This document shows, piece by piece, positions 53,504-63,921 of a stretch of DNA of 64,000 bases. The notes under the pieces were generated by a model. It saw nothing but the letters and a program-made list of their open reading frames with translations, was not told the origin of the DNA and did not search any database. Location: assembly GCA_963801605.1 (NCBI GenBank), contig CAWDFP010000011.1, positions 1 through 64,000 of the forward strand, given 5' to 3'. The position numbers were made by a program, and so were the translations under genes. The DNA is from an uncultured candidate division Zixibacteria bacterium. Lineage in GTDB: Bacteria > Zixibacteria > MSB-5A5 > UBA10806. How positions within the stretch are numbered: position 1 is the stretch's first letter; each line of letters opens with the position of its first letter.

Positions 53504-53637
53504 GATTTCTCCCTTTATCCAGCCTTATAACTGCTTAAACATCGTCAAGGTTTTCATTAATATAATATATTGGACTAATTTAGTCTACAATGAATTATGA
53601 TATTTTTTCTATGGGGAGAGGATTTACTCTATTTCAA

Positions 53638-53748
53638 TCAACCAATACTATCTTTTTTATGCTTGGTTTTACGGGTGTAGATATTCTTGTCGCTGTGAAC
53701 CTTTTCGGTTTTCTTGGGCAGCGGAATTCTACGTTTTGGCTTTTTCAT
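53638..53748 (-). CDS. 36-aa basic small protein, ArfA-like motif
   Basis: GGAGG RBS; MKKPKRRIPLPKKTEKVHSDKNIYTRKTKHKKDSIG. Confidence 0.6.
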   Translation of the reverse strand: MKKPKRRIPLPKKTEKVHSDKNIYTRKTKHKKDSIG

Positions 53749-53925
53749 GTTGCCTCCGTTGGAAAGCAGAGGGCAGTTCCCATTGCGATACGGTCAGACA
53801 ATCACATAGCAGAATTGCGATTCGCTATTATATTTTACTCACGACCGGGGATGTAATTTGTTCCCCTGCACAAATCATTGTTGCCAACAATTTAAAATTG
53901 GTATTTTGAAAAATACTATAATAGC

Positions 53926-54648
53926 TCAGGGAATAATTATCTTATCTTTTTTATAACCGATTTCGATCAGTTTTTTGCGTAATTCGATCTGCATCATCGG
54001 CGGGCCGCAGATGAATAATACGGTCTCATCCGACGGCACCGGTAAATGCTCTCTCATGATCGCCTCGTTGATTCGTCCAACTCCCATAGTCCAATTAGGC
54101 ACGGCCTGATCAATCAGGTAATATCTCTTGAAATTTGGGAATTTATTTCCGTATGAATCGAATTCGTCTTTCAGGATGATGTCATCGATAGTTTTGTTGG
54201 AAAAGATGAGCGAAATTTCGGCGTCGATTCCTTCAGTTAGTATCGTCCTGATTATCGAAATCATAGGGGTGATCCCGGTACCTCCGGCTATCATCCCGAC
54301 CCTGGCAGCCATCCCCTTCTCGAAATGGCCGCCGGCGTGGGGACCGCTCATCCAAACCTCATCACCGATTTTCCGGTCATGCATAAACCGCGAAACCTGT
54401 CCATTCGGGTAACGTTTGATTATCAACTGGAAATGATCTCTGGTTTTGGGCGTGGTTGTAGGAGTATAGGTCCGATATTCAAGCTCGTCGCCGTGGTCGG
54501 GAAATACCTTCATGAAATCGCCGGCCAGCATGGCAAAATTCGCATCCGATGGAATCGAAAATGTGAATTGCCCGGTGTCATGAGTGATTTGTTTGATATC
54601 GTTGAGCCTGTAAGGTGTCAGGATTTCATTTTCCGCCATAAGCACCAT
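53926..54648 (-). CDS. FAD/NAD(P)-binding reductase (cytochrome b5 reductase/FNR-like)
   Basis: RTYTP, IKRYPNG.VS, AGGTGITP, CGPPMM. Confidence 0.9.
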   Translation of the reverse strand: MVLMAENEILTPYRLNDIKQITHDTGQFTFSIPSDANFAMLAGDFMKVFPDHGDELEYRTYTPTTTPKTRDHFQLIIKRYPNGQVSRFMHDRKIGDEVWMSGPHAGGHFEKGMAARVGMIAGGTGITPMISIIRTILTEGIDAEISLIFSNKTIDDIILKDEFDSYGNKFPNFKRYYLIDQAVPNWTMGVGRINEAIMREHLPVPSDETVLFICGPPMMQIELRKKLIEIGYKKDKIIIP

Positions 54649-54697
54649 CCAATCTATTATAGGTTTCCCAGATTATTGCAGTCATCAGCCCCGTTAA

Positions 54698-55831
54698 TTA
54701 ACCGCAGACCGCCTGAAAGACGCGCATGAAATTTTCGCCGAGAATCTTTTTAATATCCTGTTCCGAATAACCGCGGCTGACAAGCTCCGCTGTGATGTTA
54801 GGCATCATTGAACAATCCTTAAGGCCGTTAGGGAGACTGTAAACGCCATCGAAGTCAGAGCCCAATCCGACATAGTCGGGCCCCACGAGATCTACTATAT
54901 AATCGATATGGTCAACTACGGTTCCAACGTTGATATCCTCATGTTCAAGCGCTTTATCAAACTCCGCAAACAACCAGGCGAAAGCCGTGCGTTCCTTGAT
55001 GAAATCACCTTTTACAATGGCATTGATAGAATCGATTTCAGCGCGATATGAATTTGCAATTTCCGTGGTGACTATGTTCCATCGGGGCGACAGGAAACCA
55101 CCGAAAAAATTCACTCCGATAACTCCATCGTTATCGGCAATGGCTCTGATTTGATCGTCAGTCAGGTTGCGATCATGGTCACAAAGTGCCCGGACACAGG
55201 AGTGCGAGGCGATAATTGGACAATTAGTAATTTTGAGTACTTCCTCAATTGCCCGTGCAGAAGCATGGGAAACATCAACTATCATTCCGAGATCATTCAT
55301 TCGCTTAATGACATCGCGCCCGAATTCGGTCAGACCGTCAAATCTCGGGGCCGTATCCGAGGATGATATGCACCAGTCGTGTGAGGCTGAATGAGTGAGA
55401 GTCATATAGCGTACGCCGCGACTATAAAAGTGATCCAGGTTGGCCAGATCATCTGCGATTGCCACGCCGTTTTCGATTGCGATAAAAGCGGCAATTCGGC
55501 CCGCTGAGATAATATCGCGAGCCTCGCTGGCGCTGGCGCAGATGGCTATATCATCACTATTACGGTTCACCTGAGTTTCCAGCGAATCGATCATCTCGTT
55601 AGCTCGGTCTATACATGCTTCCTTAGGGGTTTTGGCGGGTTGCCAGCAGGCAAATACTTGCAGATTTATACCGCCCTCCTTGAGACGAGGGATATCGATA
55701 CAACCAGAGCTATTTCGCTGCCCGAAATCGAATGGCGCATTCATACGCAATACAGTATCGCTATGCAAGTCAGCTACGAGAGTATCGTGGTGAAGCTTCA
55801 GGGGATCAATTTTGTTATCCAAACCGGGCAC
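54698..55831 (-). CDS. M19 membrane dipeptidase family
   Basis: DLHSD, VDVSH, ASHS, RNLTD, GLGSDFDG, KILGEN. Confidence 0.93.
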   Translation of the reverse strand: MPGLDNKIDPLKLHHDTLVADLHSDTVLRMNAPFDFGQRNSSGCIDIPRLKEGGINLQVFACWQPAKTPKEACIDRANEMIDSLETQVNRNSDDIAICASASEARDIISAGRIAAFIAIENGVAIADDLANLDHFYSRGVRYMTLTHSASHDWCISSSDTAPRFDGLTEFGRDVIKRMNDLGMIVDVSHASARAIEEVLKITNCPIIASHSCVRALCDHDRNLTDDQIRAIADNDGVIGVNFFGGFLSPRWNIVTTEIANSYRAEIDSINAIVKGDFIKERTAFAWLFAEFDKALEHEDINVGTVVDHIDYIVDLVGPDYVGLGSDFDGVYSLPNGLKDCSMMPNITAELVSRGYSEQDIKKILGENFMRVFQAVCG

Positions 55832-56015
55832 TAATCCTCCTCAACTCGGAAAGCTCTTTATAATCATAACTGATTCTATATCATTATTTTGCCGATAAAT
55901 CAAGCCGTAAAAAGGGATGGGCCATTCCCGGATATTTTTTGGCTTAAAGTCGGCGCTAAACTATCAGAATAAAATCTAAGGTATCGATGGCATAATGTAA
56001 TCGAAATATTTAGGC

Positions 56016-56043
56016 TTGACTTATAGGGGAATTAGGGTATGAT
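56016..56043 (+). promoter_or_regulatory. Sigma70-type promoter
   Basis: TTGACT-N16-TATGAT upstream of the fibre gene. Confidence 0.45.
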
Positions 56044-56119
56044 TTAATCAAGAGTCCATCTTATTTGTCTTCTAAAAGGACCCGCTGATTTGAAATAACA
56101 ACCTTCTCAAGGAGGCTTC

Positions 56120-59105
56120 GTGTTTCGCCCAATTGTTACAAGTATGTTTATTTTGCTATCCGCGCTGCTTTTTAATACACAGGCGGCTATTGCGGGTTCA
56201 AATCCGGCAGGAACAGGTGAATTATCGCGGATAGCTCTGAATGTCGAACGCGCGATTACTTACCAGGGTGTCCTCAAGGACGCCGCCGGACAGCCGGTAA
56301 TTGACGGCAGCTATGAATTAATCTTTCGAATATACGAATCCTCCACGGGCCAACCAGCGCTCTGGGCAAGCGTTCCAATGGCTGTTCAAACTACCAACGG
56401 CGTATTCTCGGCGGAATTGGGGCCTTTTGAGTTGTCGTTCGATCGCACTTACTATCTTTCATTGCAGGTAGGAAACGATCCCGAAATGGCGACTCGTCAA
56501 AAAATGACGATGGCGCCTTATTCGGCAGTTTCGGATTCATCAAATTATTCTTTGCGGTCGGGGATAGCGTCAACGGCAGATAATGCCGCGCAAGCTGTCC
56601 ATGCCGATCGGGCATCGGATGCTGATCACGCCGATAACGCTGATCAAGCCACAACAGCGGCTCATGCTGTTCATGCTGACACCGCCACCTATGCTTTCAC
56701 GCATGGGCCGGTGACACATGCCAATCATGCTGACACGGCCAACTATGCTCTCGCTTCAGGGGTAGCATTACAATCCTCACATGCCAACCGCGCAGACTCG
56801 TCAATTTACTCCTCTGCCGCTGGGTATTCCGAGCAGGCAACCCATTCATATCAGGCTGACTCATCAAATTACGCCTCATTTGCACAGACTGCCAATCAGG
56901 CAATCCATGCTGATCGTTCTACCTGGTCCGATACGGCAGCCTATGCACCGCAGAGCGATAGCGTTGATTATGCCAGGCAAGCGATGAACGCCGCTTTAGC
57001 TCAGGAGGCGGGTCATGCGGATTTCTCCGATACCGCTCTCTACGCAAATACAGCCGGTTTCGCGGGGTATTCGGATTCGGCGAATTTCTCAAATAGCTCG
57101 AATTATGCCAATCAGGCGGCCCAGGCCAATCATTCTGTATGGGCCGATACGGCATCCTATTCTCAGAATGCCAATAGCTCCGATTATGCTATCCATGCCT
57201 CAACAGCCGATACATCGGCTTATGCTCGTCAGGCCGGAAACTCAGACACATCGCAGTATTCCATTCTGGCGCAAAACTCGGCGCATTCGGATACGGCGTC
57301 ATACGCTCTGGTCAGCCCGGGATCATCAAATTGGATTGCTATCGATTCGGTTCTGTATACCAGTGTTTATATGGGACTGGCCAGGGGAGGCGCGCGGAAT
57401 ATGCTATTGGGTGATAGCATTCACACCATGATTAATTTAGGCGTTGCCTGCACAACCGGAGTTGGGGGACAAAATAACATTTACTCAGTCGTAAGCGGCG
57501 GCTATGGCTAATAAGGCCAAAGGAAATTATAGCGCTATATCCGGAGGCTCGAACAATCTGGCAGGCGGGAATAACAGCCTTATCTCCGGAGGGATATCCA
57601 ATACCGCCAGTGGAGATTTCAGCGTAGTTGGAGGCGGACAGCTAAACAGCAGTTCGGCGCTTAATGCCACCGTAGCCGGAGGATTCGATAACAGCGCTCG
57701 CGACCAATACAGCGCTGTCGGAGGCGGGCAATCCAATCGAGCCAACGGCAGCCATGCCGTAGTCTCGGGCGGAGGCAGCAATGTCGCCGGAGGCTTTTTC
57801 ACGGCCATTGGCGGTGGGACCGAAAATCACATATTCAGCAATGGTTCGGTAATCTCCGGCGGTTCAAACAATACGATCAATGCCGATGACTGCGCGATAT
57901 CGGGAGGCAAGAACCACGCGGCTAATGCCATCAATTCGGCAATTGGCGGCGGCAATGCCGATACCGCTAACGCGGAATATGCCGGAGTATTTTCGGGGTT
58001 CTCGAATCTGGCAGGCGATGAAACGGTCGATACGGCGGCCTTCGTTGGCGGCGGTTATGAAAACTCCGTAACCGCAAAATATGGCGTAATCGGCGGCGGC
58101 CTGCAGAATAGGGCCAGCGGAAGCTGGAGTATGATAGGCGGCGGCTGGTCCAACCAGGCGATGGGAATAGAAAGCATCATAGCCGGGGGCAATCAGAATA
58201 CTGCCAATGGCGCTACCAGCGTAATATGCGGAGGTCAGGCGAATCTTGCCAGCCAGGAGTATTCGGCGATTGGCGGAGGCGCCAATAACACCGCCAGCGG
58301 CCAGGGAAGTAATGTCGCGGGCGGGGCGTTTAACACCGCCAGCAACAGCAATTGCACGGTAGGAGGCGGCTGGGGTAATCAGGCAAGCGGTCAAAAAAGC
58401 GTGGTGGCAGGCGGAACGTTCAATATCGCCAGCGGCGCCACCAGCGCGATTTCCGGCGGTTCCGATAACACCGCCAGTGGATCGTCGAGTGCGGTAAACG
58501 GCGGATTCCACAATCTGGCGGCGGCCGATTACGCCGCAATTCCGGGGGGCTATTGCGATACGATCACAACCGCGTCAGGGTATTCAATGGCTTTCGGAAG
58601 ATCGGTCTATGTCAACGTGCCATATAGAGTGATATTTTTCGACGGAGGCTCATCGGGGCGGGTTGGGATCAATCGCGACGACCATGATACCGGGATAGGC
58701 TACCCCTTTCAAGTCGGGACAAATTCGACCAATGGCAACGGCGCTTACCTGACTCCGGGCGGCAACTGGACAAGTACATCATCCCGCGAACTCAAGGAGA
58801 ATTTCCAGCCGTTTGACGGTAATGAACTGCTTGCCAAAATCTCGAATTTATCAGTGACATCATGGAATTACAAATACTCCAGCGAAAAGCATATCGGTCC
58901 GGTTGCCGAGGATTTTGTGGGAGCGTTTGATGTGGGAGTTATCCGCGAGACGGATAATCTTCGCGATGACAAGGCTCTGTCATCATCCGATGTTGCCGGT
59001 GTAGCTCTGGCCGGTGTAAAAGAATTGCTTAAGAAGATCGATGATCTTGAAAATAAAAACGCCGATCTGGAAAAACGTTTGAGCCAGCTCGAGAAAGCGC
59101 GGTAG
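56120..59105 (+). CDS. Secreted tail-fibre-like repeat protein with C-terminal S74 intramolecular-chaperone domain; +1 frameshift near 57506
   Basis: Signal peptide; ITYQG domain; ADTAxYA repeats; GGxxNxA repeats continuing across the break; TSSRELKENF..HIGPVAEDF; terminal coiled coil. Confidence 0.8.
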
Positions 59106-59113
59106 GGGGCCCG

Positions 59114-59593
59114 ATGTTGAAACAGATTATCGGTTTAATTTTGTTTTTATCCTCCGCCGCTTACGCCCAAAATTTTAGGGTAGATCGATATGTGATCGTC
59201 TCGGGAGGAGGACATTCTCAATCGGTTAATTATTTAGTTGATGGCACAATCGGTCAGGCGATACTGGGACATTCGGCATCATCAAATTACGCTGTCGATG
59301 GCGGTTTCTGGACCGGTAGTCTCACACTTGCTCCGGTGTGTGAATATGTCGTTGGCGATATCAACGGCAGCAACAGCCTTAACGGCATCGATGTTACTTA
59401 TGGCGTCACCTATTTTAAGGGCGGACCGATTCCGCCGTATTCCTGCGAATGCGCAGCGGGAAACACCTGGTATGTCGCAGGCGATGTGAACGCCTCATGC
59501 TCTTTCAATGGGCTGGATATAACCTACCTGGTGACATATTTCAAAGGCGGCCCGCTGCCCCGTCCCTGCGCCGATTGCCCGCCGGGGAGGTGA
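59114..59593 (+). CDS. Small secreted protein with C-terminal dockerin-like module
   Basis: Signal peptide (AYA-Q); SGGG..GTIGQ..GGFW N-domain; duplicated GDxN Ca-loop repeat. Confidence 0.8.
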   Translation: MLKQIIGLILFLSSAAYAQNFRVDRYVIVSGGGHSQSVNYLVDGTIGQAILGHSASSNYAVDGGFWTGSLTLAPVCEYVVGDINGSNSLNGIDVTYGVTYFKGGPIPPYSCECAAGNTWYVAGDVNASCSFNGLDITYLVTYFKGGPLPRPCADCPPGR

Positions 59594-59706
59594 GTGCTGA
59601 GGACTGGGGACTCAGGAGTATCTATTGCCGAGGACTAAGCGACCTTTTTTAATAGCTCAGTCCTCGCAGTTCATGATTGCATAGCACTAAGACCTCAGTC
59701 CTTTCA

Positions 59707-59931
59707 TTACGACTTCAGCACCTGAGACGCCTCGCGCAACGCCTGAAAAACCTCCGGGATTGCCTCTCCGAAAAACATGACACTATTGCGCTCCCATTTG
59801 CCATCAACTTTTTTCGATTCGCAAATCGAAAGATACTTGTCGCCTTTAACCGTTTCCCTGACATCAATAAAATAATTCTTGGTCCCAGCCTTAACACTCT
59901 TGCTGAATAACGCTTCTTTTTTCTCCGGCAT
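59707..59931 (-). CDS. PUR-family/DUF3276 nucleic-acid-binding protein
   Basis: FSKSVKAGTKNYFIDVRE...YLSICESK; AAGGAGG RBS. Confidence 0.85.
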   Translation of the reverse strand: MPEKKEALFSKSVKAGTKNYFIDVRETVKGDKYLSICESKKVDGKWERNSVMFFGEAIPEVFQALREASQVLKS

Positions 59932-60058
59932 TTTGTGCCTCCTTTAAGGTTAAATTGTCGTGCCGCGAGAAATATATGAGGAGGCACTGACAGAATCGGT
60001 CAGTCTATTTTTGGGGAATTATAAAAAAATGAGATTTTAATGCTGGACGATTTACTGT

Positions 60059-60568
60059 TTAATTGGCCGGCTGCAGTTCGTTCATTTTCTGCCTGGCATA
60101 GGCCTGGATACGCGATGAATGCTCATTAATCCGCGGCATTGAACCCTGGACAAAATTAATATATTCGGGAAAAGTCGATCTAACGGCGTCAAAAGGATGT
60201 TGTTCAACTTTGGAACGTTCATAATTTAAGATAAGAGCCATAACTTCCTGACGAGTTATCTGACAGGTTTTAATTCTGGCTATTTCCGCGTAAACGCCGT
60301 CGATGTAGGTTTTTAAGAGTTCGGCGCGATATTGGCCCAACATGAATTTGTCGAGATTGGTTGATACCATAGAAATTAGCTGTCCGACCCAGCGGGCATG
60401 ATCGACCTCGTCCGATACTGCCTCCTCCCAAAAGAAACGTTCTCCGGGATAGGCAGTTATCAACTCATTATAGAAAGCTCCCAAAGCCATTTCGCAGTTT
60501 TGCAATAGGTAGAGCTCGTCAAAAAGCTGTTTTTGGTCTTTTTTCGTCAGCATAACGTTTTTTGCCAA
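60059..60568 (-). CDS. Ferritin-like hypothetical protein
   Basis: E..L..FY, FW....DEVDHA, E, EH spacing of a four-helix di-metal fold. Confidence 0.6.
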   Translation of the reverse strand: MAKNVMLTKKDQKQLFDELYLLQNCEMALGAFYNELITAYPGERFFWEEAVSDEVDHARWVGQLISMVSTNLDKFMLGQYRAELLKTYIDGVYAEIARIKTCQITRQEVMALILNYERSKVEQHPFDAVRSTFPEYINFVQGSMPRINEHSSRIQAYARQKMNELQPAN

Positions 60569-60732
60569 TTAGTACTGAGAATCTATTCGTTCATTTTAAT
60601 ATCGACAAATTATTACAATTCATTATGTTACTGAGAGAGAGGATAATTTTGAATTGATGTTAAAACGAATTGCTTTAATCTTGCCCCAGGCTTTCTTCTT
60701 TCGTATAATACGGAGCAAAATTAGAGGTTTTA

Positions 60733-60805
60733 GGGGCAGTAGCTCAGCTGGGAGAGCGGTACGTTCGCAACGTACAGGTCGGCGGTTCGATCCCGCTCTG
60801 CTCCA
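60733..60805 (+). tRNA. tRNA-Ala (anticodon CGC), CCA not encoded
   Basis: GGGGCAG/CTGCTCC acceptor stem with G3:U70, GTACG-TTCGCAA-CGTAC anticodon arm, GTTCGA T-loop. Confidence 0.95.
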
Positions 60806-60811
60806 TAAGGT

Positions 60812-61102
60812 ATCGTGCTAAGCGGGGAGCTAGCGGTGCCCTGTAACCCGGAATCCGCTATACCGGGGCCGAATTCCCACCGGCGGATCGGATATTCGGA
60901 CTAAGTGTCCGGCCTGAAGCGATGCTCCGATGAAAGTCGGGGAGACAAGAGCCAGATCCCGCGCAACGGACGTCCGCCTAACCCCGTCAGGACCGGAAGG
61001 TAGCAGCGGTAAGCGGTAACGGCGTGTGCCGTGGGGAAGTCTGGCCCCAGCCAAGGACCGGTTCGTTTACTCGAAGATACGAGACAACGGTGGGTGCACG
61101 GT
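60812..61102 (+). ncRNA. ffs: Large (Alu-domain-containing) bacterial SRP RNA
   Basis: cgtgctaagcggggag.tagcggtgccctgt Alu domain; gtcaggaccggaaggtagcagc helix 8; closing gcacggt; lies upstream of dnaX. Confidence 0.93.
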
Positions 61103-61167
61103 TAATATCGAAAATGATTTTAATTCGGGCTTAAGAAAACTGGTCGAAAAGACCAACCAGGTAGGAT

Positions 61168-62842
61168 ATGTCATATTTAGCGTTGGCAAGACGGTATCGC
61201 CCAGGCGATTTTGAAAGTATCCTGAGCCAGCATCATGTAACCCGGACTCTGCAAAACGCCATCAAATCGGGACGGATTTCGCATGCCTATCTCTTTTGCG
61301 GACCTCGCGGCACCGGCAAAGACCACCACGGCCCGTGTTTTGGCGCGCGCCCTTAACTGCGAAAAAGGGCCAACACCGGAGCCATGCGGCGTATGTACCG
61401 TTTGTAAGGAGATCGCATTAGGGTCATCGCCGGATGTTTTTGAAATCGATGCCGCTTCAAATCGGGGTATCGATGATATCCGTGAACTGCGCGAGAATGT
61501 GCGCTACAGCCCGGTGGCAGGACGATACAAGGTCTATATCATCGATGAAGTTCATCGTCTGACCAAAGAGGCGTTTGACGCGCTGCTTAAGACTCTCGAA
61601 GAGCCACCGTCGCATGTAATCTTTATTTTTGCGACAACCGACCCTCAGGCGCTGCCGGCCACGATCCTTTCGCGCACCCAGAGATATGATTTCAAACGAA
61701 TTCCGGTTTCGGGTTTAGCCGAGGCCGTTAACTCGGTGGCAGAAAAAGAGGGGATTAAGATCGTACCGGGCGCTTCCTTGCTAATCGCCAAGAAAGCTGA
61801 CGGTTCCCTGCGAGATGCTTTGTCGCTGCTCGATCAGCTTTCGAGTTTTTCCGATGGTCCGATTGATGAAGCTCAGACGGCCGAAGTGCTTGGCCTGGTA
61901 AAAACTGAACTGCTGGCTAAATTATCGGAAGCGATTATCGGGCGCGATATCAAACAGGCGCTTGAAATATGCGGCGAATTTTCAAAGGCCGGTGGAGATT
62001 CACAGGAGTTGGCCGACAGCCTGATCGGTTATATAAGGACATTACTGCTGATTAAAAGCGGTGTCCTCGATACTGAGGTTTTGGAGCTCGATAAGGGCGA
62101 GATCGATAGCGCCGGTGCGATTGTATCCGATATCGATACAGTTGATCTACTGCGCTATTTTACGATACTTGCCGATTATAAGGGCGCGGTTAAGCAGGGA
62201 CAGGACCCGGTTTATTCGTTCGAAGCCATATTAGTCAAGATGGCTACAATGGATCGGGCCGTATCACTGGAAGCGCTTCTCAATAAGATTCCATCCACAC
62301 CAGTATCCAGGACGCCAGCGCAATCACAAACCAGGCCCGAGAAAAAGGTGGAACCGGAACCTCGGCGTAATATCAAAACAGCCGAAGCTCCCAATGTTAA
62401 TAAAACCAGCCAACCGTCTGAGTTAATCAAGAAGCCGTCAATTGCTTCATCAGTTGTATCAGGCGAATGCATTTCAATCGATTATCTGAATGAAAACTGG
62501 GGCGGGTTCTGCGATCTGGTTAAGGAAAATAAAAGAACGTTATTCGCACATCTGGGTGTCTGCAATCCAGCCAAAATGGAGGGTGATAACCTGACTCTAT
62601 CGGTGGATAGCGCCAACAAATTTCAACTTGATCAGCTCTCAAAGCCGGAAAACAAGCGTTTCCTGGAGGATTCGCTTCGGGGATATTTCAAACGAGAGAT
62701 CAAGTTGAATTTAATTCAGGGGGATGCCAGCCGACGGCCGCTTAATGGGTCTCAAAATACTGACCCAAATACGCTTTTTGAGGGAGCGCCGGAGGCCCGG
62801 GAATTGTTTGATAATATGGGGGGAGAGATCATAGGGCAATGA
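61168..62842 (+). CDS. dnaX: DNA polymerase III subunit gamma/tau; +1 frameshift in the P-loop near 61320
   Basis: LARRYRP, HAYLFCGPRGTGK-TT, EIDAAS, IIDEVH, LLKTLEEPP. Confidence 0.95.
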
Positions 62843-62902
62843 TCGTTGTAAGAGGAGTACAGAATGCACGATTATTTCTTAAGGCTAATTAAAGGAGCGT
62901 AT

Positions 62903-63220
62903 ATGGCTAAGGGACTTGGCGATTTAATGAAGCAGATGCAGGCCATGCAGGCCAGGATGGAGGAGATGCAGGAGCAGCTCTCCGAAAAGCGGGTCGAGGG
63001 GACCGCGGGCGGCGGTATGGTCAGAGTGGTCGCCAATGGGAAACAGGAAATTCTGGAGATTAAGATAGATCCGGAAGTCGTGAGCAAAGACGACGTAGCC
63101 ATGCTCGAAGAGTTGGTTTTAGCAGCGGTTAACCAAGCCAGAGAAAAGGCCGCCGAGCTTCAGATGGAGGGGCTTTCCGGATTGACCGGCGGGCTTAAGA
63201 TTCCGGGAATGCCGTTTTAA
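62903..63220 (+). CDS. ybaB: YbaB/EbfC nucleoid-associated protein
   Basis: GGGMV.V..NG, MLEELVLAAVN; lies between dnaX and recR. Confidence 0.93.
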   Translation: MAKGLGDLMKQMQAMQARMEEMQEQLSEKRVEGTAGGGMVRVVANGKQEILEIKIDPEVVSKDDVAMLEELVLAAVNQAREKAAELQMEGLSGLTGGLKIPGMPF

Positions 63221-63223
63221 GGG

Positions 63224-63814
63224 ATGCCGAAAGCGTTAGATGAACTTGTGGAGGCGCTATCGTCGCTTCCCGGCATAGGCAAGAAAAGCGCCACCAGGAT
63301 GGCGTTTTATCTGCTCAAACGTCCGGCCGAGGATTCGGCGGAGTTGGCCGAGCGAATCGTGAAAGCGCGCCAGAGTCTTCGGCCCTGCACCAATTGCGGC
63401 AATTTAGCGGAATCACAGCTTTGCGATATCTGTTCAAATTCCGCGAGAGATAAATCTGTTGTCTGCGTGGTTGAGGAATCATCAGATTTGCAGGCGATTG
63501 AATCGACCGGCGAATACCGCGGGCTATATCATGTGCTTGGCGGGGCGCTTTCGCCCCTTGACGGAGTCGGGCCTGATGAGTTGAATTTGGAAAGCCTCAA
63601 GCAGCGAGCAACCTCAGGTGTCAGAGAGATTATTCTGGCAACCAACCCGTCAACCGAGGGTGAGGCGACGGCATCATATATAATGTCATTCTTGAAAGAC
63701 AGCGGTGTTAAGGTGAGTCGTATTGCGCGCGGACTGCCTGCGGGCGGTTCATTGGAGTTTGCGGATAAGACCACGCTCTCCCGTGCCATGGAAAATAGAA
63801 CGGCGATGAAATAG
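63224..63814 (+). CDS. recR: Recombination mediator RecR
   Basis: LPGIGKKSA.R, C4 zinc finger, YHVLGG, EGEATA. Confidence 0.96.
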   Translation: MPKALDELVEALSSLPGIGKKSATRMAFYLLKRPAEDSAELAERIVKARQSLRPCTNCGNLAESQLCDICSNSARDKSVVCVVEESSDLQAIESTGEYRGLYHVLGGALSPLDGVGPDELNLESLKQRATSGVREIILATNPSTEGEATASYIMSFLKDSGVKVSRIARGLPAGGSLEFADKTTLSRAMENRTAMK

Positions 63815-63893
63815 ATAAATCTCAGATATTTTTTACATAGGCCATTAATAAAATTGTGATTTTATTCTAATTGAATGCATTATTTGGATTTAT

Positions 63894-63921
63894 GTAGGGG
63901 CGTATTGCAATACGCCCCTAC
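63894..63921. repeat. GTAG-footed REP-like palindrome
   Basis: gtaggggcgtattgcaatacgcccctac is a perfect palindrome. Confidence 0.8.

Noticed and set aside
56120..59105. Prophage tail region
   Set aside because: A signal peptide is present, and there are no capsid, terminase, integrase or other phage genes nearby.
61310..61330. Programmed dnaX frameshift (gamma/tau)
   Set aside because: The break is inside the N-terminal P-loop, is +1, and matches the window-wide insertion-error pattern; known dnaX recoding occurs much further downstream.
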